Origin: a virus
Lineage: Duplodnaviria > Caudoviricetes
IMG/VR virus record: IMGVR_UViG_3300037045_000029
Span: 1-34,369 of that record
Strand: one strand, 5' to 3'
DNA length: 34,369 nt
Positions 1 through 9,945 of the stretch are shown one piece after another; positions within the stretch are counted from its first letter, which is position 1; each line of letters begins with the position of its first letter. The translations under genes were made by a program, and so were the position numbers. A model generated the notes under the pieces. That model saw nothing but the letters and a program-made list of their open reading frames with translations, had not been told where the DNA came from and did no database searches.

Positions 1-43
1 ATCACGCGTGAAAAATCTTCGGGAAATGGACTAAGGGGCCAAA

Positions 44-622
44 ATGGCAGGCAGACCAGGCAAACCGCTCGCTTTTCACCTCAAGGGTGGAAACAAAAGC
101 CATCTGACAAAGGCCGAGATCAAGAAGCGCGAGCAGGAAGAGGTCAAGATTGGGACCGACCGGCTGGTGATGCCGACGTATATCCGCGGCAACCCAAGCG
201 CCCGGGCCAAGTGGATCGAAGTCATAGCCATTTTTAAAAGCAGCGGCATGAACCTTGCCACCTCCGCTGACGTTGGCATCATATCCCGCTACTGCCAGGC
301 ACACAGCGACTACCTCTACCTCTTGGAGATCCGCGACCGGCTGCGCGACACCGATCTGGATATCGGAGAAGCAGAAGAAGAGCTCGAAGATATGGTGCCT
401 GGCGAACGCCGCCGCGCCATCGTGGTCCAGAAGATCAATTTTATACTTTCTGCCGCCGGGCTTTTCCAAGCCGACACCGCGGTCAACAAAAAGCTTGACC
501 AGGTGCTCAAACTCGAAGATCGCCTCTTCCTCAACATGCAGTCAAGGGTCCGAAACGTCCCGAAAAAAGAAGCCCAGGCCGCCGTAGACGAGGGTGCGGC
601 CGCCATGTTTGGAGGGGCATGA
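44..622 (+). CDS. terS: Terminase small subunit (P27-like family)
   Basis: MAGRPGKP...HLTKAEIKKREQEE N-terminus and 'D..IISRYCQAHSDY' are typical of P27-family TerS; lies upstream of TerL. Confidence 0.85.
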   Translation: MAGRPGKPLAFHLKGGNKSHLTKAEIKKREQEEVKIGTDRLVMPTYIRGNPSARAKWIEVIAIFKSSGMNLATSADVGIISRYCQAHSDYLYLLEIRDRLRDTDLDIGEAEEELEDMVPGERRRAIVVQKINFILSAAGLFQADTAVNKKLDQVLKLEDRLFLNMQSRVRNVPKKEAQAAVDEGAAAMFGGA

Positions 623-780
623 TTTTTGTTTGCATACATCTCGCAAACGATGATTATATCAACCGTGATGGCGACGATATTCTGCGAACCATACGAATAT
701 CAGCAGCCTCGATAGTTGATTTTGTTTTATTCTTCAACCACGCTCGCGACTATTACGACGTGGTGTATGTTGGGTTTTAA
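619..780 (+). CDS. Small hypothetical protein (53 aa, not in ORF track)
   Basis: ATG overlaps terS stop (ATGA), GGAGG upstream, frame open to TAA at 780 (MIFVCIHLANDDY...YVGF); fills the terS-terL gap. Confidence 0.5.
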   Translation: MIFVCIHLANDDYINRDGDDILRTIRISAASIVDFVLFFNHARDYYDVVYVGF

Positions 781-783
781 TCT

Positions 784-2532
784 GTGCCCCACCCTACCAC
801 GCAATACGCCGAAGACATCGCGGCCGGCAAAATCACCGCCTGCAAATGGGAAAAGCTCGCCTGCCAGCGCCACCTTGATGACCTAAAGCGAATCGATACT
901 GACCCGTCCTTCCCCTGGGTATTTGACGAAACCCGCGCCGATCGCATCTTCGGCTGGTTCCGCTACTGCCGCCACGTTCGCGGGGCGTTTGCCGGGCAGC
1001 CGATCGCGCTCGATGAGTGGCAAAAGTTTGATCTTGGCTGCATCTTCGGCTGGGTCAACCGCACATCCGGCGTTCGCCGATTTAAAACCGCTTACATCCG
1101 AGTTGCCCGAGGCAATGCCAAGTCGACAATGATGTCGGGGGTTGCCAACTACGGCATGGTGGCCGACGCTCTCTATCCTCCCGGCTGCAAGGATCCGAAG
1201 ACGTTTCGATTTGAGATGAAACCCGAAGTTGTCTGCGGGGCAGTCGACAAGGAACAGGCCAAAATAGTCTGGGACGATGCAAAGGGCATGGCGCTCGCCT
1301 CACCTGACATCCTCAAGCACCTCAAGGTTCAGGAGACGAAGGTCGGCCACCGGACCCGCGGCGGAGCGCTCAAGCGGCTATCCAAGGACACGAAAAACAA
1401 AGACGGCGGAGCCCCCTGCATAATCATCATCGACGAATACCACGCTCACCCGACCTCGATCGTCAAGGACGTGACCAGCTCGGGCAAGGGGAAGCGGTCG
1501 CAGTGCCTTGAGTTCATCATCACCACCGCCGGAGAAGATGCCGAAAACAAACCGTGCAAGATCGAAGACGATATTGTCAAGAAGATCCTGGCCGGGGAGT
1601 TCTCCAACGACGGATATTTCGGCATGATCCGCGAGATTGACGACGGCGACGATCCGCACGATCAAGCCAACTGGGTCAAGGCCAACCCGCTTTTCCAAAA
1701 CGACAACGAATATTCCCGGACCCTGCTTGACCAGGTGAAAGAGGAGCACGACCTCGCGTTCGGCTCGGGCGACAATTCCAAAATCCGGCAATGGATGATC
1801 AAGCGGGTCAACCGATGGCAGGCGGAGTCGGCCGAGAAATATTTCACCGGCTGCATGGAAAAATGGAAGGCCGGCGCAGTCTCCCGCGAAAAGTTCGCCG
1901 AGTTGACCCGGGGGCTGCCGTGCTGGACGGGTGCCGATGTCGGGAAATGTCGCGACTTGACGGCTGACGGGTTCGTTTTCAATTTGCCAGACGGCCGGCT
2001 GGCGGTCAAGGCGTTCGGCTTCATGCCGGAAAACACCGCGACCCACCACGAGCACGGTGACCGCGTGCCATACAAAGATTGGGCCAAAGATGGCTGGTGC
2101 CTGCTCACCGATGGCGACGTGACCGACGACCGCTATATCCGGCAGCATATCATCGATTCCGAGAAGGATAACGAGTGGAAGATCCAAGCGTTCTGTTTTG
2201 ACCCCTACGGAGCCCGCCAGTTGTCTATTGCCCTCGGGGAAGACGGCTATACTTGCGTGGAGATCCGCCAGGGAGTCCAGACCCTCAGCGCCCCGACAAA
2301 GAAATTCCGCGAGATGGTTCTGCAGGACAAGATCGTCCACGACGGCTCACCACTGCTGACGTGGTGCCTCTCCAACGCAGTCGAGGTGGTGGACAATAAC
2401 GGGAATATCAAGCTCTCCAAGAAGCACAAGGACGACAGCCAGCGGATCGACCTTGCCGCCGCCATCATAAACGCCCTGGTGCTGGCCATGGTCGCCCCGC
2501 CCCCCTCCGAGCCAAAAATACTCTTTTTTTAA
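784..2532 (+). CDS. terL: Terminase large subunit
   Basis: Walker A-like ARGNAKST, Walker B IIIIDEYH, ITTAG motif, C-terminal nuclease with 'RIDLAAA'; GTG start. Confidence 0.97.
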   Translation: MPHPTTQYAEDIAAGKITACKWEKLACQRHLDDLKRIDTDPSFPWVFDETRADRIFGWFRYCRHVRGAFAGQPIALDEWQKFDLGCIFGWVNRTSGVRRFKTAYIRVARGNAKSTMMSGVANYGMVADALYPPGCKDPKTFRFEMKPEVVCGAVDKEQAKIVWDDAKGMALASPDILKHLKVQETKVGHRTRGGALKRLSKDTKNKDGGAPCIIIIDEYHAHPTSIVKDVTSSGKGKRSQCLEFIITTAGEDAENKPCKIEDDIVKKILAGEFSNDGYFGMIREIDDGDDPHDQANWVKANPLFQNDNEYSRTLLDQVKEEHDLAFGSGDNSKIRQWMIKRVNRWQAESAEKYFTGCMEKWKAGAVSREKFAELTRGLPCWTGADVGKCRDLTADGFVFNLPDGRLAVKAFGFMPENTATHHEHGDRVPYKDWAKDGWCLLTDGDVTDDRYIRQHIIDSEKDNEWKIQAFCFDPYGARQLSIALGEDGYTCVEIRQGVQTLSAPTKKFREMVLQDKIVHDGSPLLTWCLSNAVEVVDNNGNIKLSKKHKDDSQRIDLAAAIINALVLAMVAPPPSEPKILFF

Positions 2533-2539
2533 TTTCTTG

Positions 2540-2568
2540 TTGACAAGCCGCACCATTTGAATTATGTT
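2540..2568 (+). promoter_or_regulatory. Candidate sigma70 promoter for the head operon
   Basis: TTGACA-17 bp-TATGTT in an AT-rich gap after terL. Confidence 0.5.
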
Positions 2569-2644
2569 ACGGGCATAAGGTAAAATTACCCGACTTCGGT
2601 AAAATATACCGAGCGCGGAATAGTACCAAAACAGGGCGGTTTGT

Positions 2645-2818
2645 TTGCCCGGTAAAATCAAATCTGTTTTCGTCTCCCTCCTTCAGGATTGCTTCCTCCT
2701 GCTTGGTGCGTCTGCTATTGTGTACGGGGTGTACTGCATTTACGAGCCGGTCGCCTACATGGTTGCCGGTTCGTTTTTGCTTTTTGCAGGGCTTCCCAAG
2801 CCTAAGCGGGGTGCGTGA
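2645..2818 (+). CDS. Small membrane protein between terL and portal (57 aa, not in ORF track)
   Basis: TTG start; MPGKIKSVFVSLLQDCFLLLGASAIVYGVYCIYEPVAYMVAGSFLLFAGLPKPKRGA has two hydrophobic segments; TGA overlaps portal ATG; such genes are common here in HK97-like phages. Confidence 0.7.
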   Translation: MPGKIKSVFVSLLQDCFLLLGASAIVYGVYCIYEPVAYMVAGSFLLFAGLPKPKRGA

Positions 2819-4074
2819 TGGGGTATCTCGGCGCTCTTCTGGTGGGGGAAACCCGCAGCACGATGGCCGAGGCTATCAAAAAATTCCTGTCCGGTGAGGA
2901 CGATTACCCGACAGCCACCGCCGCCGGCACCTCCGTGAGCGAGACGAGCGCCTTGTCCTTGACCGCGGTTTACTCATGCGTCCGGCTTTTGGCGTGGACG
3001 ACCGCAATGCTGCCGCTGCAGGTCTTTAAAAACCTGACGCCTCGCGGCAAGTCTCCCGCCCGCGAGCATCCGGTTTATGATCTTCTGCACGATGCTCCGA
3101 ACCCCGAGCAAACGTCGTTCAAATGGCGCGAGCTGATGAGTGTCCACATGAATCTGTGGGGCGCTGGCATTTCTGAGATTGAGTTCGACGGTGCCGGCAA
3201 CCCCATTGCACTCTGGCCTATTCCCCCCTGGCGCGTTGAGCCGAAGCGTCTCGCGTCTGGCGCAATCGTTTACGACATCAACCTCGACGCCGGCGGGACG
3301 CGGACACTTTCGTCCTACCAAGTCATCGTCTTTTCCGCAATGTCAACGTCGAGCTACCAGTGGATGAGCCCGATAGCGGTCCACCGGGAAACTCTGGGCG
3401 CGTCGATGGCTGTCAAAGAGTTCGGCGCGAAGACCTTCGGCCAGGGCACTAACCCGGCCGGCGTGGTCTATCACCCCGGGAAACTGTCGGAAACATCCGA
3501 GAAGTCCCTTAAAGAGAGTTTTGCCGGGTACGCCGGACTCGGAAACGCCCACCGCCTCATGCTGCTCCAGGAGGGCATGAAGTGGGAGCGAATCGGCCTG
3601 CCACCCGAAGACGCGCAATATCTCGAAACCCGAAGATACGACATCTCTGAGGCTGCGAGAATCTGGAACATCCCCCTGTTCATGCTGCAGGACCATGAGA
3701 AACAGACCAGCTGGGGAACGGGCATCGAGGAGCAAAAAGACGGCTTTGTGACGTTTACCATGCTGCCAATACTGATCCAGGAAGAGCAGGAGCTGAAGAA
3801 GAAGTTGATTTTCGACAAAGAATACTTTGTCAAGTTCAACGTCAACAGCCTCATGCGCGGCAAAATACTCGACAGATTCAACGCCCACAAAATCGGACGC
3901 GATGGCGGGTGGCTGTCGGCAAACGACATCCGGGAAATCGAAGATCAGAACCCGCTGCCCGGCGAAGAAGGCGACATCTATCTGGTGCCGCTCAATTTTC
4001 AGAACGCAAAATTTGCAGTCGAAAGGCCCGTCGCGGCAGCACCGACCGCACCAAAAGAGGAGCCTAAGAAATGA
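2818..4074 (+). CDS. Portal protein, HK97 family
   Basis: 'ALSLTAVYSCVRLLA', 'DAQYLETRRY', 'GWLSANDIREIED.NPLPG..GD.YLVPLN'. Confidence 0.96.
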   Translation: MGYLGALLVGETRSTMAEAIKKFLSGEDDYPTATAAGTSVSETSALSLTAVYSCVRLLAWTTAMLPLQVFKNLTPRGKSPAREHPVYDLLHDAPNPEQTSFKWRELMSVHMNLWGAGISEIEFDGAGNPIALWPIPPWRVEPKRLASGAIVYDINLDAGGTRTLSSYQVIVFSAMSTSSYQWMSPIAVHRETLGASMAVKEFGAKTFGQGTNPAGVVYHPGKLSETSEKSLKESFAGYAGLGNAHRLMLLQEGMKWERIGLPPEDAQYLETRRYDISEAARIWNIPLFMLQDHEKQTSWGTGIEEQKDGFVTFTMLPILIQEEQELKKKLIFDKEYFVKFNVNSLMRGKILDRFNAHKIGRDGGWLSANDIREIEDQNPLPGEEGDIYLVPLNFQNAKFAVERPVAAAPTAPKEEPKK

Positions 4075-4676
4075 GCCTGAGAAACTTGACACGCGCCACC
4101 TTTGAGATCGAGGATCTTGAGATCCGCAAGACGGACGACGGGAAGGTCACCGCACGAGGATATGCTGCGGTGTTTGAAAAGCTTTCCTTGCCACTTTACA
4201 ACTTCAAGGAAAAAATCAGATCCGGAGCGTTCAAAAACAGCATCTCGAAAAACAACATCCGCGCCCTCTGGAACCACAACGCCGACATCGTGCTGGGCTC
4301 GACCAAAGCCAATACGCTGCGACTCGAAGAAGATGCCAAGGGGCTGCGCTTCGAGCTCGACCTGCCCGACACTCAGGCCGGCCGTGACGCCGCGGTCCTG
4401 ATCCAGCGGGGAGACGTGGAGGGGATGTCTTTCGGCTTCCGCACGATCAAGCAGGAATGGGACGAAAGCGACCCCAAGAACATCGTGCGGACTCTGGTGG
4501 ACCTTGATTGCAGCGAGATCAGCGCGACGGCTTTCCCCGCCTACCCGCAGACCAAGGTTGGCGTGCGCAGCGTCGAGGACGATTACGCCGAGCACGTCGC
4601 CGAAAACAAGTTAACCGAAACCGAACTGAACGAAAACCATCTCAACCTCAAGCTCCGTCAGATCGCGGCGCTTTAA
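4071..4676 (+). CDS. Prohead maturation protease, HK97 family
   Basis: 'GYAAVF', 'ALWNH', 'GMSFGF', 'EISA..FPAY'. Confidence 0.95.
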   Translation: MSLRNLTRATFEIEDLEIRKTDDGKVTARGYAAVFEKLSLPLYNFKEKIRSGAFKNSISKNNIRALWNHNADIVLGSTKANTLRLEEDAKGLRFELDLPDTQAGRDAAVLIQRGDVEGMSFGFRTIKQEWDESDPKNIVRTLVDLDCSEISATAFPAYPQTKVGVRSVEDDYAEHVAENKLTETELNENHLNLKLRQIAAL

Positions 4677-4687
4677 AGGAGGCCTCT

Positions 4688-5977
4688 ATGATCGATGTAA
4701 TGAAGCTCCGCCGGGAGCAAGAAAAAGTCAAGGCCGAAATGCGCAAACTGTGCGCCGACGCCCTGGCCCGCGACGACAAGCGCATGACCGAACCGGAAGG
4801 CGCAAAATACCAGGAGCTCGAAGCTCAGGTATCTGCGATCGATGCCCAGGCCGTGCTGGCAGAGCGCAGCAACGCCTTGGAGCTCGACAAGCCCGCCGGC
4901 AACCATGAGGAGGCCCCGGCCGAGAATCGCGGCTTCAAGGGTTTCGGCGAATTCCTGCAGGCCGTCCGCGCCGCTTGCGTCTCTGGTGGACGCACCGACG
5001 AGCGCCTGCAGCGCGACACCCGCGCCGCCACCGGCCACGGCGAAGGCATCCCCAGCGACGGCGGGTTCCTGGTCCAGACCGACCACCTCGCCGAGATCAT
5101 GCAGCGGACGTATGACCGCTCGCTGATCGCGAACCGCTGCCGCCGGCTGCCGATCGGTGCCAACGCCAACGGCCTCAGCTGGCTGGAAATCGACGAAGTC
5201 AGCCGCGCCGCCGGCTCTCGCTTCGGAGGAATCCGTGGCTATTGGGCTGCCGAGGCCGCCACCGTCACCGCCAGCAAAACCAAGTTCATGAAGAAGCGCA
5301 TGGACCTCGAAAAGCTGATGTCCCTGGTCTACGTGACCGAAGAGCTGCTCAGCGACACCACCGGCCTTGAGGCGCTGTGCAGCGGCCTTGTGGGCGACGA
5401 GTTCGCCTGGCTGCTCGACGATGCGATCCTGAACGGTTCCGGTGCTGGCCTGCCGCTGGGCTGGATGAAGAGCCCCGCGCTCGTCACCGTCGCCAAAGAG
5501 CCCGGCCAGGTCGCCGACAGCATTGTGTTTGAAAACATCATCAAGATGCGCTCTCGCCTCTGGGCCAAGTCCCGCGGCAACTCGGTGTGGTACATCAACC
5601 AGGACTGTGAGCCCCAGCTGCAGACCATGGCGTTTGTCGTGGGTGTCGGCGGCGTGCCGGTCTACCTCCCCGCCACGGGCGCATCGGGAACTCCGTATGA
5701 CACGCTGTACGGTCGCCCGGTTGTGCCGGTCGAGCAGTGTGCCACCGTTGGCGACCTGGGCGACATCGTGCTGGCCGATCCGAGCCAGTACCTGCTGATC
5801 GACAAAGGCGGCATCAAGTCGGCCGCGTCGATCCATGTCCGGTTCCTCAACGACGAGCAGGTTTTCAAGTTCACGTATCGCATCAACGGGATGCCGACGT
5901 GGAACACCGCCCTGATCCCGGCGAACGGTGCCGCGAACACCGTTTCCCCGTTCGTGGCTCTGGCGGCTCGCGCTTAA
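4688..5977 (+). CDS. Major capsid protein, HK97 fold
   Basis: ATG at 4688 after AAGGAGG; N-terminal coiled-coil delta domain; 'DGGFLV', 'ILNGSGAGLPLG', 'TLYGRPV'. Confidence 0.95.
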   Translation: MIDVMKLRREQEKVKAEMRKLCADALARDDKRMTEPEGAKYQELEAQVSAIDAQAVLAERSNALELDKPAGNHEEAPAENRGFKGFGEFLQAVRAACVSGGRTDERLQRDTRAATGHGEGIPSDGGFLVQTDHLAEIMQRTYDRSLIANRCRRLPIGANANGLSWLEIDEVSRAAGSRFGGIRGYWAAEAATVTASKTKFMKKRMDLEKLMSLVYVTEELLSDTTGLEALCSGLVGDEFAWLLDDAILNGSGAGLPLGWMKSPALVTVAKEPGQVADSIVFENIIKMRSRLWAKSRGNSVWYINQDCEPQLQTMAFVVGVGGVPVYLPATGASGTPYDTLYGRPVVPVEQCATVGDLGDIVLADPSQYLLIDKGGIKSAASIHVRFLNDEQVFKFTYRINGMPTWNTALIPANGAANTVSPFVALAARA

Positions 5978-5991
5978 CAAACTGAAACGAA

Positions 5992-6013
5992 GGTGGCCGG
6001 GCAGCCGGCCGCC
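5992..6013 (+). terminator. GC-rich hairpin after capsid gene
   Basis: GGTGGCCGG-GCAG-CCGGCCGCC; no U tract. Confidence 0.4.
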
Positions 6014-6041
6014 ATCACCTAACACGCAAAAGGAATAAATT

Positions 6042-6503
6042 ATGAAGCAGATTTCCAAACTGGCCAAAGGGCTCGACCCCGTGGCCGATGCCTTTTCGGG
6101 CACCGTGTACTCCGACATCGTTTCGATGCGGAATTACAAGTCGGTCGAGTTCATCATTTACAAAGGTGTTGGCGCTGTAGGCACCTCGACGATCACGGTC
6201 GAGGCTTGCGACGATGTCGCCGGCACGAATCACCCCGCGGTCCCGTTTGCTTATCAGGCGATCACGAGCGGCGACACCCCTGGAGCGATTACTCAGGCTG
6301 CCGCCACGGGCTTCGCCACCACCGCCGGCTCCTCCCAGCTGTACCGCGTCTTCGTTGACGCCAGCGTGCTGGCCGCGTCGGGCTACGGTTTCGTGCGCCT
6401 GGCTGCCGCAGAGGTTGTCAACGATCCCGTCCTTGGCGGCGTGCTGATCGTGCTCGGAGACTCCAAAGACGAGCGGGAAATTCCGGCGTCTGCCATCGTG
6501 TAA
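6042..6503 (+). CDS. Putative head-associated/decoration protein
   Basis: AAAGGA RBS; beta-rich, Ala/Thr/Gly-rich 153 aa protein directly after the capsid gene. Confidence 0.6.
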   Translation: MKQISKLAKGLDPVADAFSGTVYSDIVSMRNYKSVEFIIYKGVGAVGTSTITVEACDDVAGTNHPAVPFAYQAITSGDTPGAITQAAATGFATTAGSSQLYRVFVDASVLAASGYGFVRLAAAEVVNDPVLGGVLIVLGDSKDEREIPASAIV

Positions 6504-6508
6504 CCATC

Positions 6509-6529
6509 GGCGGGGGCAACCCCGCCTTT
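6509..6529 (+). terminator. Hairpin, possible weak intrinsic terminator
   Basis: GGCGGGG-GCAA-CCCCGCC-TTT. Confidence 0.5.
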
Positions 6530-6547
6530 AACTGAAAGGAATCGATC

Positions 6548-7009
6548 ATGGGAGTTTACGATAACGGTTCAGCTTCGCGAGCTGCAAAGCTGGGCCTCAA
6601 AGTCAACCGATCAACGGCCACCCTCCCGCAGACCGCGGCGGCCGCGATTTTCAACGTCTTGGGCGGTCGCGTTGCGGTCACTCAGATCATCGGCCAGGTC
6701 ACGACCGCGATCCAAAACCAGGCCAACAACACCAAGCTGACTGCCACTCCCACCGTGGGCACGGCGGTTGACATCTGCGCGGTTCTCAATACCGCCGCAG
6801 ACGAAATCGGCTGCCTGTTTGGCATCACCGGCCTGCAGAGCGACGCGCTCATCGGCATCAACGCCGGTTTGCTTCCCGCTCAGACCCGCGACGTGATTGT
6901 CAACGCCGGAACGATTGACCTCAATTGTGCCGCGTCGAACACCGGGTCGGTCAAGTGGACGGTCTTTTACTACCCGATTGACGAGGGCGCATCCGTCGAA
7001 GCGGCGTAA
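6548..7009 (+). CDS. Putative head-associated structural protein
   Basis: GAAAGGA RBS; 153 aa, Ala/Thr/Gly/Val-rich; head module position. Confidence 0.55.
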   Translation: MGVYDNGSASRAAKLGLKVNRSTATLPQTAAAAIFNVLGGRVAVTQIIGQVTTAIQNQANNTKLTATPTVGTAVDICAVLNTAADEIGCLFGITGLQSDALIGINAGLLPAQTRDVIVNAGTIDLNCAASNTGSVKWTVFYYPIDEGASVEAA

Positions 7010-7016
7010 CATCAAG

Positions 7017-7041
7017 GGGCGGGGTAAAACCCGCCCTGTTT
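7017..7041 (+). terminator. Hairpin, possible intrinsic terminator
   Basis: GGGCGGG-GTAAAA-CCCGCCC-TGTTT. Confidence 0.45.
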
Positions 7042-7055
7042 CCCGGGAGAACAAG

Positions 7056-7214
7056 GTGATAATCAAAGCAAAATACACGCTCAGAATCGGCGGAAAAATC
7101 GTGCCATCCGGCCAGACCGTAGAGGTTCCTGAGAATGCCGGCCGGAGCATGATCGAGTGCGGAGTTGCACAAGCCACCAAACCCTCTTTCGAAACCCGGA
7201 AGGGCCGGAAGTGA
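7056..7214 (+). CDS. Small head-module protein (52 aa)
   Basis: GTG start after GGGAGA; 'G.TVEVPE..GR.MIECGVA' pattern typical of small genes before head-tail connectors; stop overlaps next start. Confidence 0.6.
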   Translation: MIIKAKYTLRIGGKIVPSGQTVEVPENAGRSMIECGVAQATKPSFETRKGRK

Positions 7215-7801
7215 CCCCCTACTCGATCTATGTGGCAGGCCCGCCGCCGACTGAGCCTGTGACCGTGGCAGAAGCCAAGGCGCTTGCCCGCATCTCGCAC
7301 TCTGTCGAGGATGCGCTGATTGGCGGCTGGATCAAAACCGCTCGCGAGCTGGCCGAAAAATATCAGCACCGCGCATATGTCAAGCAATCGCTTTTTATGT
7401 CCTTCGATAGTTATCCCGAGACCCCGTTTAGCTTGCCGAGGCCCCCGGCATGGTCAATCGATACCGTTCAGATTATCGACGTTGACGGCTCAGTAATCGA
7501 CCTGTACCGTCACGGCGGGGCCGGCTTGATGCAAAGCGATTTCGTAATTGACACCGATAGCCAGCCGGGCAGGGTCGATCTGAAGTCCGGCAAATCATGG
7601 CCGTCCATAGAGCTGCAAAAAATCAACGGATTTCAGATCCTTTACTATGCCGGTTACGGGGAAACTGGCGCGGATACGCCTGCGACGGTCAAGGACGCGA
7701 TCGCGCTTTATTGCGCGTGGCGAAACGAAAACCGCACCGCCGAGGTTGACGCGCCTCCCCATTTTTACAACCTGCTGACGCCCGATAGGATTTTTTCATG
7801 A
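7211..7801 (+). CDS. Head-tail connector (HK97 gp6 / phiE125 gp8-like)
   Basis: 'EPVTVAEAKALARI...EDALI..WIKTARELAEKY', 'YYAGYG...PATVKDAIAL'; GTG start at 7211. Confidence 0.9.
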   Translation: MTPYSIYVAGPPPTEPVTVAEAKALARISHSVEDALIGGWIKTARELAEKYQHRAYVKQSLFMSFDSYPETPFSLPRPPAWSIDTVQIIDVDGSVIDLYRHGGAGLMQSDFVIDTDSQPGRVDLKSGKSWPSIELQKINGFQILYYAGYGETGADTPATVKDAIALYCAWRNENRTAEVDAPPHFYNLLTPDRIFS

Positions 7802-8145
7802 TCGAGCGGCAGCCAAAAAAATCAGCGGCCACGCGCCGGAGACACCAGATATACGTGCAGCGCAAGCTGTCCGTGGCGGATGGCGAAGGTGGCTTCGCGG
7901 ACGGCTGGATGAACACGACCTCCAGCCCGATCTGGGCCGAGGTCTCGCCGATTCAAGCCCGGCAGGTGATGGATTACAAAAGCGTCGGGGTTGACGCCAC
8001 GCACCTCGTCCGCATCGATGGCTTGAACGAAGCGTCGGAGCACAACCGGATCACCTTCGGATCGCGAATCTTCGAGATCCTGACCGTTGAGAACATCCAG
8101 GAGCGCAATGTTGAAAAAGTTATCGCCTGTAAAGAGGTGCGGTGA
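7798..8145 (+). CDS. Head closure / head-tail adaptor (SPP1 gp16-like)
   Basis: 'DGEGGF..GW', 'IWAEVSP', 'THLVRI', 'RIFEILTVENIQERN'. Confidence 0.9.
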   Translation: MIERQPKKSAATRRRHQIYVQRKLSVADGEGGFADGWMNTTSSPIWAEVSPIQARQVMDYKSVGVDATHLVRIDGLNEASEHNRITFGSRIFEILTVENIQERNVEKVIACKEVR

Positions 8146-8582
8146 TGATCGCGCCCTCAAAGCTTCAAAGCTTTATCAAAGATGCCGCCAAGGAAATCCG
8201 CTCCAAAGATGCCGAGTTGCGCATGAAAGCCGCCAGACACGTGCGCGACAAAGTGAAGGCCAAAATATCAACCAAGTTTTCAGATGGCGACGCATCCGCC
8301 CCGGGCAATCCTCCGGGCAAAGTCACGGGGAATTTGATCAAGGGCCTGAAGGTCCGCGGCGGCAGAGAAGCGGCTTACGTCGGATTCGTTGCCCCGGCGC
8401 ACCACGCCCTGCTGCTTGAATTCGGCTGCACTAAGACGACCCCGCGCATGACGCTTGGCAAAGGGAAAAAGCGCAAGGGTGTAAGATCGACCGGAACCAT
8501 GGAGGCGCGCCCCGTGCTGTTCCCTACCTTTGCAGAAGAGTCCGGCACCGTCAAGGCCATCCTGTCGGAGACGCGAGAATGA
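8142..8582 (+). CDS. Neck protein, HK97 gp10-like
   Basis: 'SAPGNPPGKVTGNL', 'LLEFG', 'MEARPVLFPTF'. Confidence 0.85.
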   Translation: MMIAPSKLQSFIKDAAKEIRSKDAELRMKAARHVRDKVKAKISTKFSDGDASAPGNPPGKVTGNLIKGLKVRGGREAAYVGFVAPAHHALLLEFGCTKTTPRMTLGKGKKRKGVRSTGTMEARPVLFPTFAEESGTVKAILSETRE

Positions 8583-9004
8583 TCGAATCCGCTTTACAGC
8601 TTGCGCTCGCCTCAGATGGCGCACTTGCCGCGCTGGTCTCGACATACCAGGGCAACCCGGCGATTTTCTCGGAAGACGCTCCCGAAGACGCGGTTTTGCC
8701 ATACATCGTTTATAGCGTCTCCCGGCTGGCTGCGGATCACCCGGCGGCGGAGCAGTTCAACGTCTACGTGGACTATTACGACAACGGCAAGAGCCGCGCA
8801 AATTCCCGCAAGGCCGCTCAGCGGATCGAGTTTTGTCTCGACCAAAAGACTTTGGCCAACGATAGATACGACTCGATCCGCGTTTTTTACGAATCGGCCG
8901 GACCCGTTCCCGATCCTGACCCACGGGTAATTCATTACAATCTACAATTCACCGCCCGCGCCGGTCGCAAGGCCTGGGCTCAACAGCTCACAGAGGAGTC
9001 CTAA
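8579..9004 (+). CDS. Tail terminator/completion protein (DUF3168-like)
   Basis: 'APEDAVLPYIVYS', 'VYVDYY', synteny before the tail tube gene. Confidence 0.8.
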   Translation: MIESALQLALASDGALAALVSTYQGNPAIFSEDAPEDAVLPYIVYSVSRLAADHPAAEQFNVYVDYYDNGKSRANSRKAAQRIEFCLDQKTLANDRYDSIRVFYESAGPVPDPDPRVIHYNLQFTARAGRKAWAQQLTEES

Positions 9005-9006
9005 CC

Positions 9007-9333
9007 ATGGCAGCAATCGCAATCCAGCAGATCAGCCAGGCCGGTATCGTCCCGACTGCCGCCGCCGCATCCGTGGCCGGCGATACGTTCATCAACAATG
9101 GCCGCACCTTTCTCAAGGTCATCAACGGTGCCGCCGCCCCGATCAACGTGACGATCAACTCGCTCGTCAACTGCAACCAAGGGAGCGATCACGACGTCGT
9201 CGTCGCGGTTGCCAATGGCACTACGGCGTACATCGGCCCCTTTTCCATGGACCGGTTCAACAACTCGGCCGGTCTTGCCAGCGTCACGTACTCGGCCGTT
9301 ACCACCGTCACCGTCGCAGCCGTCAGCCTGTAA
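9007..9333 (+). CDS. Small beta-rich virion-associated protein
   Basis: GAGGAG RBS; Ala/Val/Thr/Asn-rich 108 aa between tail terminator and tail tube genes. Confidence 0.6.
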   Translation: MAAIAIQQISQAGIVPTAAAASVAGDTFINNGRTFLKVINGAAAPINVTINSLVNCNQGSDHDVVVAVANGTTAYIGPFSMDRFNNSAGLASVTYSAVTTVTVAAVSL

Positions 9334-9370
9334 TTCGCAACAATCAACCCGTTGAAAGGGGTTAAATAAA

Positions 9371-9940
9371 ATGGCAAAGAAACATGGAGTCACGGCAAAC
9401 ACTTTCACCCGCTTTCTCATCGATGCGGGAGCCGTCTACAAAAATTACGGCGAGGCGGGCGAGACTTTGCTCGGCGCAACTCGCGGCGGAAACAGTTTCA
9501 AAATTGAGACTGAGCAGCGGACGATGGAAGTCGACGGCGCGATCGGCATGGTCAAGGGCGGCCAGCGAATTGTGGGCGTCAAGGCCACGATCACCGCCAA
9601 CTTCGTCGAAATGTCCAAGGCGCTTTTCCTGCTGGCGAATCCCGGCGCGACCGCTGCGGATTTTCCGGCAACCGAGGGCAAAACCCACGACCTTATCACC
9701 CGCGCCCGCGATCTGCTGACCACCGACCATGTGACCAACATCGCAATCGTCGGCAACAGCACGTACAGCACGACCGGCTACGTTGTCGTGAAGCTGTACA
9801 ACGCGCTTGCCGATGGCAACGTCGAGCTCGGCTTCAACGACAAAGACGAATCGGTCGTGCCGGTCACCTTTCAGGCCTTTTTCGATCCGACCACCCTTTC
9901 GACCGAGCCCTGGGCGATCTACAACCCGGTCTTGGCGTAA
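9371..9940 (+). CDS. Major tail (tube) protein
   Basis: 'LIDAGAVYKNY...LLGATRGGNSF', 'DKDESVVPVTF.A'; precedes the chaperone genes. Confidence 0.88.
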   Translation: MAKKHGVTANTFTRFLIDAGAVYKNYGEAGETLLGATRGGNSFKIETEQRTMEVDGAIGMVKGGQRIVGVKATITANFVEMSKALFLLANPGATAADFPATEGKTHDLITRARDLLTTDHVTNIAIVGNSTYSTTGYVVVKLYNALADGNVELGFNDKDESVVPVTFQAFFDPTTLSTEPWAIYNPVLA

Positions 9941-9945
9941 TTCCC

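Noticed and set aside
1-43. cos site at the window start
   Set aside because: The position before terS is plausible, but too little sequence is visible to support it.
4508-4687. Extended N-terminus of capsid ORF, and similar upstream extensions (7157, 20472, 20699, 21055, 22850, 28453)
   Set aside because: Downstream starts have clear RBS or stop-start coupling; the extensions overlap other genes or regulatory DNA.
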